Origin: a virus
Lineage: Duplodnaviria; Caudoviricetes
Virus record (IMG/VR): IMGVR_UViG_3300021495_000006
Location: 1-55,626 of that record
Reading direction: 5' to 3' (one strand)
DNA: 55,626 bases
The notes beneath the pieces were generated by a model that saw only the letters and a program-made list of their open reading frames with translations, made no database searches and had not been told where the DNA came from. Numbering within the stretch: position 1 is the first letter of the stretch; every line of letters starts with the position of its first letter. Below, piece by piece: positions 8,335 to 16,972 of this stretch. Made by a program: the position numbers and the translations under genes.

Positions 8335-8970
8335 TCAATGTGGATCAGCCCCCATCAGATGGGCCGGTATATCAGACACCACTATCATGTAAGCGGCGTA
8401 GTTATCACGCCACCTTGGCCAAGCCATGATAGCGTCATTTTGTGGCTCGACGAACACTATGCCCTGAGTGGTGGGGACGGCTACCAGCGCATGGCTCTCT
8501 TTATTGCCGTCGTCATAGTCCACCACCGCTATAAAGGCAGGTATACCGACAGTATTTAAGCGCCGCACCAACTCTTTAGAGAAGTGCCGACAATCGAATG
8601 TGCCATCCTGGAACTCGTAGCTGTCCAAGTTATCCGCCGCCAGCCAATATGCAAGCACTTCAACCGAAATGAGCGGGGGCTCAAAGTGCAAGACAGTGAT
8701 GTCCAAGCATTCCTCCAAGGTTGCCTTATCAGCCTCGCACAGGTAATAATCGTGGAGACATGTGTGCAATCGGGTTGAACAATGGTCGAATTCAGCTTGA
8801 CATGCATCCCGCTCCTGTAGCACGTCTTGTAGCTGGCGTGAGAGGACAAGCGCGTTGGCTTCGCTAGCTTCGTATGCGGCTTGCCAGCCCTCAAGTTGAG
8901 TATGTGCCTGCCATAGCGCCCCTGAGAGCGCAATCACCAAGAAGGCTAAAACTACTTCTCGCTTAGTCAT
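8335..8970 (-). CDS. Membrane-anchored coiled-coil protein with papain/transglutaminase-like domain
   Basis: N-terminal TM; FDCRHFS...HALVAV...FVEPQND putative Cys-His-Glu triad. Confidence 0.6.
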   Translation of the reverse strand: MTKREVVLAFLVIALSGALWQAHTQLEGWQAAYEASEANALVLSRQLQDVLQERDACQAEFDHCSTRLHTCLHDYYLCEADKATLEECLDITVLHFEPPLISVEVLAYWLAADNLDSYEFQDGTFDCRHFSKELVRRLNTVGIPAFIAVVDYDDGNKESHALVAVPTTQGIVFVEPQNDAIMAWPRWRDNYAAYMIVVSDIPAHLMGADPH

Positions 8971-9278
8971 TGTGCGCCTCCTGCGGTTCTATCCGCCACC
9001 AATTTGGCCAGCCCCGACAACACAAGATCAATATCAGCAGCACAGTTGGGCATAGTCTCCCGCATCGCATCGGCTAACGCGCCGATCTTGCGCACGACAA
9101 ATCGCCCCTCTCGTTTTAACTGCCGCACCTCTTCTTCTAGCACGTCTTGCTGGAGCCACAAGCGACGGATCTCAATAGCCATCTCCTCAAGGCGCTTTCG
9201 GCAATTTTGCTCAGCCATGCTCTTCCTATGCCTCCTTTCGCAATAGTCCCCGCACATCCCCGCCCGAAAGCTCCACAC
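8967..9278 (-). CDS. Hypothetical coiled-coil protein
   Basis: Operon packing; true start probably MAEQ. Confidence 0.55.
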   Translation of the reverse strand: MWSFRAGMCGDYCERRHRKSMAEQNCRKRLEEMAIEIRRLWLQQDVLEEEVRQLKREGRFVVRKIGALADAMRETMPNCAADIDLVLSGLAKLVADRTAGGAQ

Positions 9279-10032
9279 ATGGGAACTCCTTAATGCGACT
9301 TAGGATCGCTTGGAACCGCAAGGGAAACTGCGGGGGCACCGCCTTCCCCGCAGGGTCAAAGTGAAGTGCGATAACCGTCCCTAAACGATGGCGATAGCGA
9401 TAGTCCAAAAGCTGGAATAGCTTATCATTGGCCCAATCCGTGGCCTGCACTTGGCCTAGCTCATCTAGGGCCAGCACAGGTATATCCCGCACCTGTGCAA
9501 ACAGCTTGTTAAAGCCAATGGGGGTATCGGGTTCATACGTAGCCCGAAGCCTGTCCAAAAACTCAGGGGCCACGATGTACATCCCGGCGACTTGCTTCTC
9601 ACGTAATGCGTTGATGATGCAAGCCAAGATGTAGGTCTTGCCTCTCCCAAACCCGCCCCACACAGTCAGCCAGCCCACCGGTCGCTTGATGAATTGCCAA
9701 GCCGCCTCCGTTGCTTTCTGGAGGCCATCTTCAGCCACGATGTTCTCCAACCGCCAATTCAGCATGGTAGGAGATAGGCCGCTGATTTTGCGCAGGTACT
9801 CTGGTAAATAGCCGTTCCAACATGCGGGGCATCTGATGAGCACGCCGAAGAGGGGATGACCCACAGGCACATCGGCCACTAGGAATCCCGGCGTGCCTTG
9901 AGGATACCCACAGATAGGGCATTCCCCTGGCTTTTTAGGTCTGGGATTATATGGCGCTGGCCGAGCTAAAAACCACGCTGGCCTTTCCTGCAAGATACGT
10001 CGTGCTTCGTCAAAACTGATAATGTCACACAT
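9226..10032 (-). CDS. DnaC/IstB-like helicase loader ATPase
   Basis: Zn ribbon CPICG...CPAC, Walker A GGFGRGKT, Walker B VLALDELG; follows the initiator. Confidence 0.85.
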   Translation of the reverse strand: MCDIISFDEARRILQERPAWFLARPAPYNPRPKKPGECPICGYPQGTPGFLVADVPVGHPLFGVLIRCPACWNGYLPEYLRKISGLSPTMLNWRLENIVAEDGLQKATEAAWQFIKRPVGWLTVWGGFGRGKTYILACIINALREKQVAGMYIVAPEFLDRLRATYEPDTPIGFNKLFAQVRDIPVLALDELGQVQATDWANDKLFQLLDYRYRHRLGTVIALHFDPAGKAVPPQFPLRFQAILSRIKEFPCVELSGGDVRGLLRKEA

Positions 10033-11038
10033 GAGCTTGCTCCTTTTCTCGCTTACGCCTCGCAAAGTATTCGCGCCAGGCCGGTGTGCTTGGGTCGGCA
10101 TCCTCCCCTCGCGCTATCCCCTCCACGAACGTGGCCCACCGCTCTGGCGGATAATGCGTCATAATCCAGTTTTTCGCATACTCGAAGTCATACACTTTCC
10201 CCCGCAACAACTCCCAATTAGGCTTCCTTGGACCAGTCCGAGGGGGCGTTTGAGGACTGGCGCGGGGAGTTTCCAACTTCTTGTTGCGCAATAGAGCCGT
10301 GATATAGCTAAGCGGATCGCCGCGCGGACTTTTAGCCAGCACCTCTAAGCACAACTGGCAAAATCTTGCCGCGCCTCCTGCTTGTTTTATCAATCGCCCC
10401 ACACGGCCATAAGGGGCGTCAATCCCGAAGCAGTAATCACAGAAGCCTTTGGCAATCGCTATGACCTTTTTGCCATTCTCGCAATGGTGCAGACGATGTA
10501 CTGTGTCTTCAAAGTATTGTTGGAGCGAAGGCGGCTTTGCCGCTTTATCGTTAGATAAAGTATTATTTCTTTCTAAAGTATCTTTCTCTGTACGAGGGTA
10601 ACTGAGTTTCCCCCTGGGGGTAACTGAGTTACCCTCTGGGGTAACTGAGTTACCGCCGGGGGTAACTGAGTTACCCTCTACTTTCATGTGCAAGCGGTAA
10701 TATTTCTTAATGCGCGCTTTGTCCTGGCTGTCTATCTCGACATCTAGAAACCCCTCGGCCTCCAGCCACTGCAAGGCTTCACGAATAGCAGGGCGGGAAT
10801 ATCCCACGCCATTGTCAAGGCGGTCTCCATTTTGATCCTTGCGTCCATGTTGGATTTCATCTATCGTGATGTGTTTATAAACGCCGAATTCCTGATAGCC
10901 CCAAGTGTGTCGCAGAATGTATATGAGGACCGCCAGCGCGCAGGGCCGCTTGGCAAACATCGGCAGACATGCAATTAACGAATGGGGCAATTTACTCCAG
11001 TTTTGGGTTGGAACATCAAAACCATCGAAGGGCGACAT
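10025..11038 (-). CDS. Phage replication initiator (lambda O-like)
   Basis: N-terminal winged-helix-like region (YILRHTWGY), internal iteron-encoded GNSVTP repeats. Confidence 0.8.
   Translation of the reverse strand: MSPFDGFDVPTQNWSKLPHSLIACLPMFAKRPCALAVLIYILRHTWGYQEFGVYKHITIDEIQHGRKDQNGDRLDNGVGYSRPAIREALQWLEAEGFLDVEIDSQDKARIKKYYRLHMKVEGNSVTPGGNSVTPEGNSVTPRGKLSYPRTEKDTLERNNTLSNDKAAKPPSLQQYFEDTVHRLHHCENGKKVIAIAKGFCDYCFGIDAPYGRVGRLIKQAGGAARFCQLCLEVLAKSPRGDPLSYITALLRNKKLETPRASPQTPPRTGPRKPNWELLRGKVYDFEYAKNWIMTHYPPERWATFVEGIARGEDADPSTPAWREYFARRKREKEQAHV
10594..10679. repeat. Four ~21-bp palindromic iterons, putative replication origin
   Basis: GGTAACTGAGTT(A/T)CC x4 inside the initiator gene, next to an AT-rich tract (~10545-10590). 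Confidence 0.8.
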
Positions 11039-11092
11039 AATTCACTATCTCCTTATACGGATAAAGTCACAGGGCCCTTGATTGCCTCTGTT

Positions 11093-11365
11093 TCACTGTG
11101 GCGGGATCCATCGCCTGCCATACAGCCCAAAAGCTAATATTGCCAGCACCAACAGCGTCAGTAAGAGGGCCCACCCTGTTACTCTTGCGACATGCTGCTG
11201 GGCTGCCCCCGGCTCCCCCTTATGAGGATTTTGTTCCCAAGATTGAGTACGGCGCACTGCACCAAAGAGCCATTCAAGTCCCAAGAACAGAATGCCAGCT
11301 GCAACAACGTGGGGATAGCCATAAACAATACCCGCGATTATCAGCAAAATGATTAAAATGACCAT
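11093..11365 (-). CDS. Small membrane protein
   Basis: Hydrophobic helices; AAGGAG RBS. Confidence 0.6.
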   Translation of the reverse strand: MVILIILLIIAGIVYGYPHVVAAGILFLGLEWLFGAVRRTQSWEQNPHKGEPGAAQQHVARVTGWALLLTLLVLAILAFGLYGRRWIPPQ

Positions 11366-11520
11366 GCTGCACTCCTTTCTCCAATCACTTCCGCTCTCCC
11401 CGGAAGATAGGCATTGCTCCCATCCTCCGGGCAGGGCAGAAGCCCTGCTTGAGCCAACACCCTTAGCCCCTGCTTCCTGGCGGCTTCCAAGGTTTCGGTG
11501 GCTTCCTGGGTGTAGGGCGC

Positions 11521-11778
11521 TTACGTCCCATCGTGACCTCCCTGAGTTGGGCGTCGAAAGATGCTTTTCCAGCCCCTATCGGTTAGATGGGGGCCCCAAA
11601 TCTCCTCCCATCCCTGCGATTCCAGCCCTTTCTTGTTATCGGGGTACCACGGATCGCACCGAGGATGAGAGAAGTGATCATTGGAAAAGCAACAAGCGTC
11701 CACTTCGATATACTCGTACCCCGGCTCTGCCGTGAGCCCATATGGGTACATTGCAAGCTCTTCTGGGGTGAGTCGCAT
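11521..11778 (-). CDS. Hypothetical protein
   Basis: AAGGAG RBS. Confidence 0.55.
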   Translation of the reverse strand: MRLTPEELAMYPYGLTAEPGYEYIEVDACCFSNDHFSHPRCDPWYPDNKKGLESQGWEEIWGPHLTDRGWKSIFRRPTQGGHDGT

Positions 11779-11803
11779 TTTACTCTCTCCTTTCTATGCT
11801 GGC

Positions 11804-11923
11804 TTCTACCCTCCTGGCCGCCGAGGAGAGCCGCCCGTTCTCTCCAGCATAGGCCCTGGCCTGACGCCGGTTTTTAGTGCCGACTTGGCCTTACGGACTG
11901 GGCCAGCGGCCAGGAGGATAGAA
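11804..11923 (-). ncRNA. GC-clamped multibranch intergenic RNA element with possible kissing loop
   Basis: ~19-bp closing stem around four hairpins; loops GUCCGU/ACGGGC are complementary. Confidence 0.5.
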
Positions 11924-12208
11924 TTATATGGCGGCTGCACACCCCTGCATCACCAAGAAGATTAAGGCGCAGACAATCACCACAACCGCCCCGTGCCATC
12001 CCTCTGAGTCCATAGCACAGTATAACACGCCACCGGCAAGGCTGCCCACGAGCATAGCATAGAGTTTATCTATCGTGTCACCGATCGCGTTGTGTACTGC
12101 GCTCTCGTCCACTTGGCTGATGACCCAAGTGGCCAGCCCATATATGACGCCAAAGAGGATACTCAGCAACGCTCGGATGAACATGGCCTCCTCCTTACGC
12201 CACACCAC
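11924..12208 (-). CDS. Membrane protein
   Basis: Three hydrophobic segments. Confidence 0.6.
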   Translation of the reverse strand: MVWRKEEAMFIRALLSILFGVIYGLATWVISQVDESAVHNAIGDTIDKLYAMLVGSLAGGVLYCAMDSEGWHGAVVVIVCALIFLVMQGCAAAI

Positions 12209-12209
12209 G

Positions 12210-12524
12210 TTACTGTGGCGGCTCAGGCCCTAAATGGCAGGAGTATACATAGCCCTCCTGCCCATCAGAGAGCCGCACCCATGCGAATTCTCCGACTATG
12301 CCGATGACCAATACCTTATCGCCCTTACGGAGATGGGCAATGGGCTCGGCAGGCAATAATGCTTCGCCCGCCTTGTCGAGGCGCTTGAAGACTAACACGG
12401 GTGTGCCCTCGGTGTGGTCGGTTAAGGCATAGGCATAGACTGGCCCATCCTCGCACCCCGTCAGGAGTATGAGGGCGACACAGAGTAGGGCAAAGCCCAA
12501 CAATGCCCAATCTTTAGGACGCAT
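12210..12524 (-). CDS. Lipoprotein with SH3-like domain
   Basis: Lipobox LLTGC; GDKVLVIG...AWVRLSDGQEGYV. Confidence 0.7.
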   Translation of the reverse strand: MRPKDWALLGFALLCVALILLTGCEDGPVYAYALTDHTEGTPVLVFKRLDKAGEALLPAEPIAHLRKGDKVLVIGIVGEFAWVRLSDGQEGYVYSCHLGPEPPQ

Positions 12525-12840
12525 CTTGACCTCCCTTATTTCTCAGAGCTTGAGCCACCTGGCGGAGCCATACGACCAACTCCGAGGCGTAGCCCAAGTC
12601 GCGCTCAACCCAATAGGCCCACTGTTCCAAAATGCGGGCCTTGGAATGTGGGGGTAAATCGCCACAGACGGCTCTTTCCAATCGCGCTAGCTTTCCCTCC
12701 GCACAGAGCGCATAAGCCTCTTGGACAAAGGCGGGGACGTCTATTGAGTCTATAACGAAATATCCCTCGCCGCCGTCATCAATCACGCTACCCCATTCTC
12801 TCATGAGAGCTTGGAGTTGTCGCTCGGTTTGCTTACGCAT
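12514..12840 (-). CDS. Hypothetical protein
   Basis: MRKQTERQ... start after GAGG RBS. Confidence 0.55.
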   Translation of the reverse strand: MRKQTERQLQALMREWGSVIDDGGEGYFVIDSIDVPAFVQEAYALCAEGKLARLERAVCGDLPPHSKARILEQWAYWVERDLGYASELVVWLRQVAQALRNKGGQDAS

Positions 12841-12853
12841 GGTAATCCTCTCT

Positions 12854-13087
12854 CTATTCGCGGTAATAATCATAAATCTCCAAATGGAAAGGCCCGCCCG
12901 CCTTCGGGGGTGGGGCAATGATTATTCTCCCGTGTTTGCGAACAAGGGCGAGTAATTCGTCAAGCGATGCAATCTCAATTGCCCAACCCCACCGAGACCA
13001 CTCAAGGTCATCCCACTCCGCCCTCCGATATGCCCCCTCGCAGGGTCGGTGGCGGGTATCGCTCGTCCGCTCGATACGAAATTCCAC
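12854..13087 (-). CDS. Hypothetical protein
   Basis: AGGAGG RBS; ends LEIYDYYRE. Confidence 0.65.
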   Translation of the reverse strand: MEFRIERTSDTRHRPCEGAYRRAEWDDLEWSRWGWAIEIASLDELLALVRKHGRIIIAPPPKAGGPFHLEIYDYYRE

Positions 13088-13195
13088 AGTAAGCTCCTCC
13101 TTATAATCTCTGCCCCGCCGTCTAGCGGCAACCCGCAGGGCTTCTGGGCAATTTACGCCGATTAACCCATCACGAACGGGGCAGAGAATTTTAAA

Positions 13196-13273
13196 CGCGG
13201 GCGGACAGGATTTGAACCTGCGAACAGGGCTTTTGGAGAGCCCTGGTTTAGACCTGACTCACTCCACGCCCGC
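13196..13273 (-). tRNA. Atypical tRNA-Trp(CCA)-like gene
   Basis: Acceptor GCGGGCG/CGCCCGC, anticodon loop CTCCAAA, T-loop TTCAAAT; weak D-stem and one extra C before the acceptor 3' strand; no CCA encoded. Confidence 0.65.
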
Positions 13274-13281
13274 ACAAATCC

Positions 13282-13473
13282 CTATTCAGCATTACTTTCG
13301 ATCTCCTTAATGCTCACTACAATGGGTAAATAGGCCCCATAGCCATAGTCCACTACGACCCAATCATCTTCCACACCAACAACTTTACCAGTCATGCCTG
13401 CCAATGTGCCGTGCGCTTGCCACAAAATCAAGCACCACTTACCGATAAATGGACGAGCTTCTTCCTCAGTCAT
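13282..13473 (-). CDS. Small beta-rich hypothetical protein
   Basis: ORF on the coding strand. Confidence 0.55.
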   Translation of the reverse strand: MTEEEARPFIGKWCLILWQAHGTLAGMTGKVVGVEDDWVVVDYGYGAYLPIVVSIKEIESNAE

Positions 13474-13601
13474 ACCGTTCTCGCCCCCCCGGATAATTCA
13501 GAACCTACTCCTATCTATCGGGAAGGGGGCCGCCCAATTCAAATATCAGATTGGCGATGGGCCCCGGCCAAACCCAACGCTAGGGGCGGCCCCCATTTCT
13601 T

Positions 13602-14582
13602 CTACTCTCCATACAACTCCTCAGCAGCCTCAGTCTCAATGATTTGCCGAAACTTCTCTGTCTCTTCGCCCTTCAGGACTTCCACCTTGCGAGACACCGG
13701 CTTGTGAATCACCACATCGGCCCGCTTCTCTTCTGCCAGCCGCCGGGTGATGAAGGTCAAGATGGCCTCTTTGGCATCTTGCATGGTGCCCGCAAAGTCC
13801 TTGACGCTCTCCACGCCCAGGGCTTCATGGATTTCATCGCTGCTAAGGCCCAGCTCCTCACGTGTCCAGCGCCAGAAGCGCTTGCGGACTTTGGGGTTTT
13901 CGATCCAATGGGGCGTCTTGGCCTCCTGCCTCCCCCCATTGCCGGGGACTACTCCAGCCTCCAGCGTTGCGTCGGGCAGATGTTCTACGATGTCCTCAAT
14001 GTCCTGTGTGAAGTACCCGCTGGCCCGTGTAGCATGGAGGGTAGCACCAATCAACGCCCGTTTCTGAGCCATCTTCTGCAAGGTGTTGACTAGGCTAAAG
14101 GGGTCGTCGTTCTCTAGCACGAGCATGATATACTCGTTACCAGCTTTACTCCGACGCCTCTCCTTGCGGATAGCCCGCGCCTTCTCCTCCTCAGTGGCCT
14201 TGAACTCCGGGACATAGCGCCAGCGATAGCGCTTTTCGAGGGAGTTAGCTGAACCCTCACATTGGGCAATCACCAGCCCCGTCCGCCGGTCACGAAGACT
14301 GCAGAGATATGTGTAGGCAAACCGGCCATTGTCCCAGTCCTCAAGGCGGCTTGTACACTCATATTCGATGGAGAGGCCGTGGAAGAAGCACAGCTTTTCC
14401 GCGCCAGGTTTGAAGAGGGTGGGCTTCGCAGTACCGGGGATGACGCCATAGTCCTCGCCCTTAATCATCTGGCGGGCCACGAAAGCCCGGAATGCCTCCA
14501 AGCGCCTCTCACTCTCCTCGATGGTGATTGCAGGAGCGAGAGCAAAATCCCCCGCCACCACCATGGCTTTTTTCTCGTTCAA
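13602..14582 (-). CDS. Putative single-strand annealing/recombination protein
   Basis: EDYGVIPG..KPTLFKPGAEKL and NTLQKMAQKRA motifs. Confidence 0.7.
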   Translation of the reverse strand: MNEKKAMVVAGDFALAPAITIEESERRLEAFRAFVARQMIKGEDYGVIPGTAKPTLFKPGAEKLCFFHGLSIEYECTSRLEDWDNGRFAYTYLCSLRDRRTGLVIAQCEGSANSLEKRYRWRYVPEFKATEEEKARAIRKERRRSKAGNEYIMLVLENDDPFSLVNTLQKMAQKRALIGATLHATRASGYFTQDIEDIVEHLPDATLEAGVVPGNGGRQEAKTPHWIENPKVRKRFWRWTREELGLSSDEIHEALGVESVKDFAGTMQDAKEAILTFITRRLAEEKRADVVIHKPVSRKVEVLKGEETEKFRQIIETEAAEELYGE

Positions 14583-14583
14583 C

Positions 14584-14838
14584 TTACTCCTCCTTTGTGG
14601 GCCATATAATGCCCTTCCGCCGCATTTGGCATTGTGTCAGCTCATTGAGGAGATAGCCTAACCTCTTACGTGTTTTGAAAACCTTGGGAGAGAAGCTCGT
14701 TAGCTCCTCAATGAGCGTGTCCACCTCGGTCCTTCTAAGCACAACTAACACGTTGCCGTCTAATCCGTCTAAAAAGCAAAGCATAGTCCCCTCCTTAGTA
14801 GGAGGAATGCCGGGCCATTCCCCCGTCTCCAAGCCCAC
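14584..14838 (-). CDS. Hypothetical protein
   Basis: Probable start MLCF after AAGGAGG. Confidence 0.5.
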   Translation of the reverse strand: MGLETGEWPGIPPTKEGTMLCFLDGLDGNVLVVLRRTEVDTLIEELTSFSPKVFKTRKRLGYLLNELTQCQMRRKGIIWPTKEE

Positions 14839-14949
14839 TCACGCCCCGTGCCCGGTCGGTGTAGCCTCTATTTCGGGCGGCTTCCCTGGGGCCCTCAGCG
14901 CTGAGGACTTACACACACCTTCCCACTAGGTAGGCGCATCGCGGGCTTG

Positions 14950-15333
14950 TCACTTATCCTGCCACAACGCCCTTGCCCTTTCAGCCGTCGTCACAGCCCA
15001 CGCACGCAACACCGTACAGAACGCTTTGCCTTCTACCCAAGGTAAATCGTTCAAGACCACGATGGGCTTGCCCAAGGCGAAGGCCATCCCTAAGTCAAAG
15101 TGCGTGCCCAAGCTGGTAGGCGTGTAATATACCAGAACGGCCCTGGCGTCCTTGATGGCCGCCAAGTTCGCCTGGCAGATGTCCCAGCCTACCCGGTCGT
15201 CCTGGGCGGTATCGCGCGGGGGAAAGTGAACAGTATAGCCCGCGCTTTCCAAGAGGGTGACCCAGCGGGTCAGGGTTTCCTTGTCCTCTTTCGTTGCCCC
15301 TCGCACGGGGCAGATGATAAAGAAGTCTATCAT
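14950..15333 (-). CDS. Nucleoside 2-deoxyribosyltransferase-like protein
   Basis: Rossmann-like; GYTVHFP, GTHFDLGMAFALGKPIVV motif. Confidence 0.75.
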   Translation of the reverse strand: MIDFFIICPVRGATKEDKETLTRWVTLLESAGYTVHFPPRDTAQDDRVGWDICQANLAAIKDARAVLVYYTPTSLGTHFDLGMAFALGKPIVVLNDLPWVEGKAFCTVLRAWAVTTAERARALWQDK

Positions 15334-15342
15334 AACACCCCC

Positions 15343-15573
15343 CTAAGTCGCCAGATTCGCCGCACTCCATACTTGCCCCTTCCACTCTATCAAGAAGTCG
15401 CTCTGAAGGCCTTGCCGTACAATATCCGCGTGTTCCTCGCACAGTGGAATGGCAGCGAACCCCCGAATGTGATAACCAGGCCGGTAAAGTGCGGTGGAGT
15501 CCAGGCCAGGTTGCCACAGCTCATAAGCCTCATTGTTGCATCCTATGGCCGCACATTTTCTCTTCCTGGCCAT
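15343..15573 (-). CDS. Small Zn-binding hypothetical protein
   Basis: CAAIGC...LCEEH; AGGAGG RBS. Confidence 0.6.
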   Translation of the reverse strand: MARKRKCAAIGCNNEAYELWQPGLDSTALYRPGYHIRGFAAIPLCEEHADIVRQGLQSDFLIEWKGQVWSAANLAT

Positions 15574-15586
15574 GGCTCCCTCCTTC

Positions 15587-15919
15587 TCAAAACAGAATAC
15601 CCACCCCGTTCGCAGCGGCGCGGGTCAGATGGGCCACAAGCCCCCGATCTTCGGGGCGGGGAGAGGCCCGGCGAATGCCAGGCCCCTCTGCAATCTTTGC
15701 CAAGAATTCCCGCGCTTCTCGCTCGGCTCGCTCAATGGGGCAAATCGCCACCCGCCCACCACCATAGTCTAGTACTGACAATGTGCCGCAGTACCAGCAA
15801 AACTGGTGGCCGCCAAGCTCAAAGCGCAGCCATACCGTGCTATCATTGCCACACACAGAGCAAGGCCCTGGATGGCTCACGCATCTTGTTGCCCCGCACC
15901 TTTCGCAACGCGCATACAT
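15587..15919 (-). CDS. Cys-rich Zn-ribbon protein
   Basis: CERCG, CSVCG, CWYCG. Confidence 0.6.
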   Translation of the reverse strand: MYARCERCGATRCVSHPGPCSVCGNDSTVWLRFELGGHQFCWYCGTLSVLDYGGGRVAICPIERAEREAREFLAKIAEGPGIRRASPRPEDRGLVAHLTRAAANGVGILF

Positions 15920-15994
15920 CTTATTCCACTCCTTTCCTCGGTGCTCCCGCCTGCGTCATCAGCAGGTCAATCTTGTGCAGCTAACTTCGCGCAC

Positions 15995-16023
15995 ATTGTA
16001 TCATAGAAGTATATGCTTGTCAA
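15995..16023 (-). promoter_or_regulatory. sigma70-type promoter for the early operon
   Basis: TTGACA-17 bp-TACAAT with extended TG. Confidence 0.8.
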
Positions 16024-16091
16024 GCTTTGCACACGTGTGTAATGTTAAAATTTTCGGGGAATTCAAAATTTTAAGGAAAGCGTGATAGATT

Positions 16092-16655
16092 TCACAAGCG
16101 GGATAGTAACCATTCGAGGAGAGAGCGGTTGCCCTTACTTGCATTGCAAGAGCGGCAGGCAACAACCAAGTTATCTTCGGAGTGTGTGCCCCCCTTGCTC
16201 AAGGGCACTATGTGGTCAAGTGTCAAATCTTCTTGGGCCCCGCAATAGACACAACGGTAGCCATCCCTTGCATAGATTGCGGCTTCGTTTACTGGGAGTA
16301 TTGTAGCCCCCACCTTGCGGGCACGATAGCGGCGGCTATATTCGCGGCATTTATCTCTGTTTTTGGCGCTCCATCTTTTTTGCCTTGGCCCGTGGCTATT
16401 GCGCTTGCGTTCTTGCTTGAGCCATTCATCCCACCGCCCAACCCAAGATCGGCGGCGCCGCCCACGCCTTTCCCATTCCTGGCGCCAATTGGGGTTACGC
16501 GCTCTCCATTGCTTAGCGATCGCCGCCTGATAGCCGGGGTGTTTCCGCCTCCAATCTTTAAAATAACACAGTTGGCATAATCCCTTTGCGTGGTGGGGAA
16601 TCTCAGTAGTGCCACATTCACGGCAACAATCCCAGTCTTTGGCCCATCTACCCAT
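16092..16655 (-). CDS. Free-standing HNH homing endonuclease
   Basis: N-terminal Zn ribbon (CRECG..HHAKGLCQLC), C-terminal HNH CVYCG..LTLDHIVP..NLVVACRSCN. Confidence 0.85.
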   Translation of the reverse strand: MGRWAKDWDCCRECGTTEIPHHAKGLCQLCYFKDWRRKHPGYQAAIAKQWRARNPNWRQEWERRGRRRRSWVGRWDEWLKQERKRNSHGPRQKRWSAKNRDKCREYSRRYRARKVGATILPVNEAAIYARDGYRCVYCGAQEDLTLDHIVPLSKGGTHSEDNLVVACRSCNASKGNRSLLEWLLSRL

Positions 16656-16786
16656 AGGCTCTCCCTTAAAAAGAGGAGCCCCCTCCGACCCGGCGGTTCC
16701 CAGCTACGAGGCCACCGACTTTAGGTCGTTGGGGGCATAGAATACAAAATCCGCCCTGTCGGTTTTGGCCTCGTAGCTCTAAGAAC

Positions 16787-16815
16787 ATTATAGCATAATT
16801 TGGCCAATTTGTCAA
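16787..16815 (-). promoter_or_regulatory. Consensus sigma70-type promoter for the HNH gene
   Basis: TTGACA-17 bp-TATAAT with extended TG. Confidence 0.85.
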
Positions 16816-16816
16816 G

Positions 16817-16960
16817 TAAAAAAAGGAGGGGGCTCCGCCGCCGAGCAAAGGAGGTGTGGGGGCGATGAACTCCCCACACGAGGAACTCTTGCATTGGAGC
16901 CCCCACGCCTCCCCCGATGGCTATCACATCAGGGGAGGTAACACCAAACGCCAGGCGTTG
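16817..16960 (-). terminator. Structured 3' end of the late operon with U-tract
   Basis: GGGGGCTCC...GGAGCCCCC clamp followed by TCCTTTTTTT. Confidence 0.5.
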
Positions 16961-16972
16961 GTGGCTTAACCA

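Noticed and set aside
10594-10679. Mini CRISPR array
   Set aside because: Spacers are only ~5-6 nt and the repeats lie in frame inside the initiator gene, consistent with iterons
13108-13195. tRNA-associated HDV-like (theta) ribozyme
   Set aside because: The tRNA is followed by an AU-rich linker and a long closing stem, not the nested double-pseudoknot starting at the tRNA 3' end
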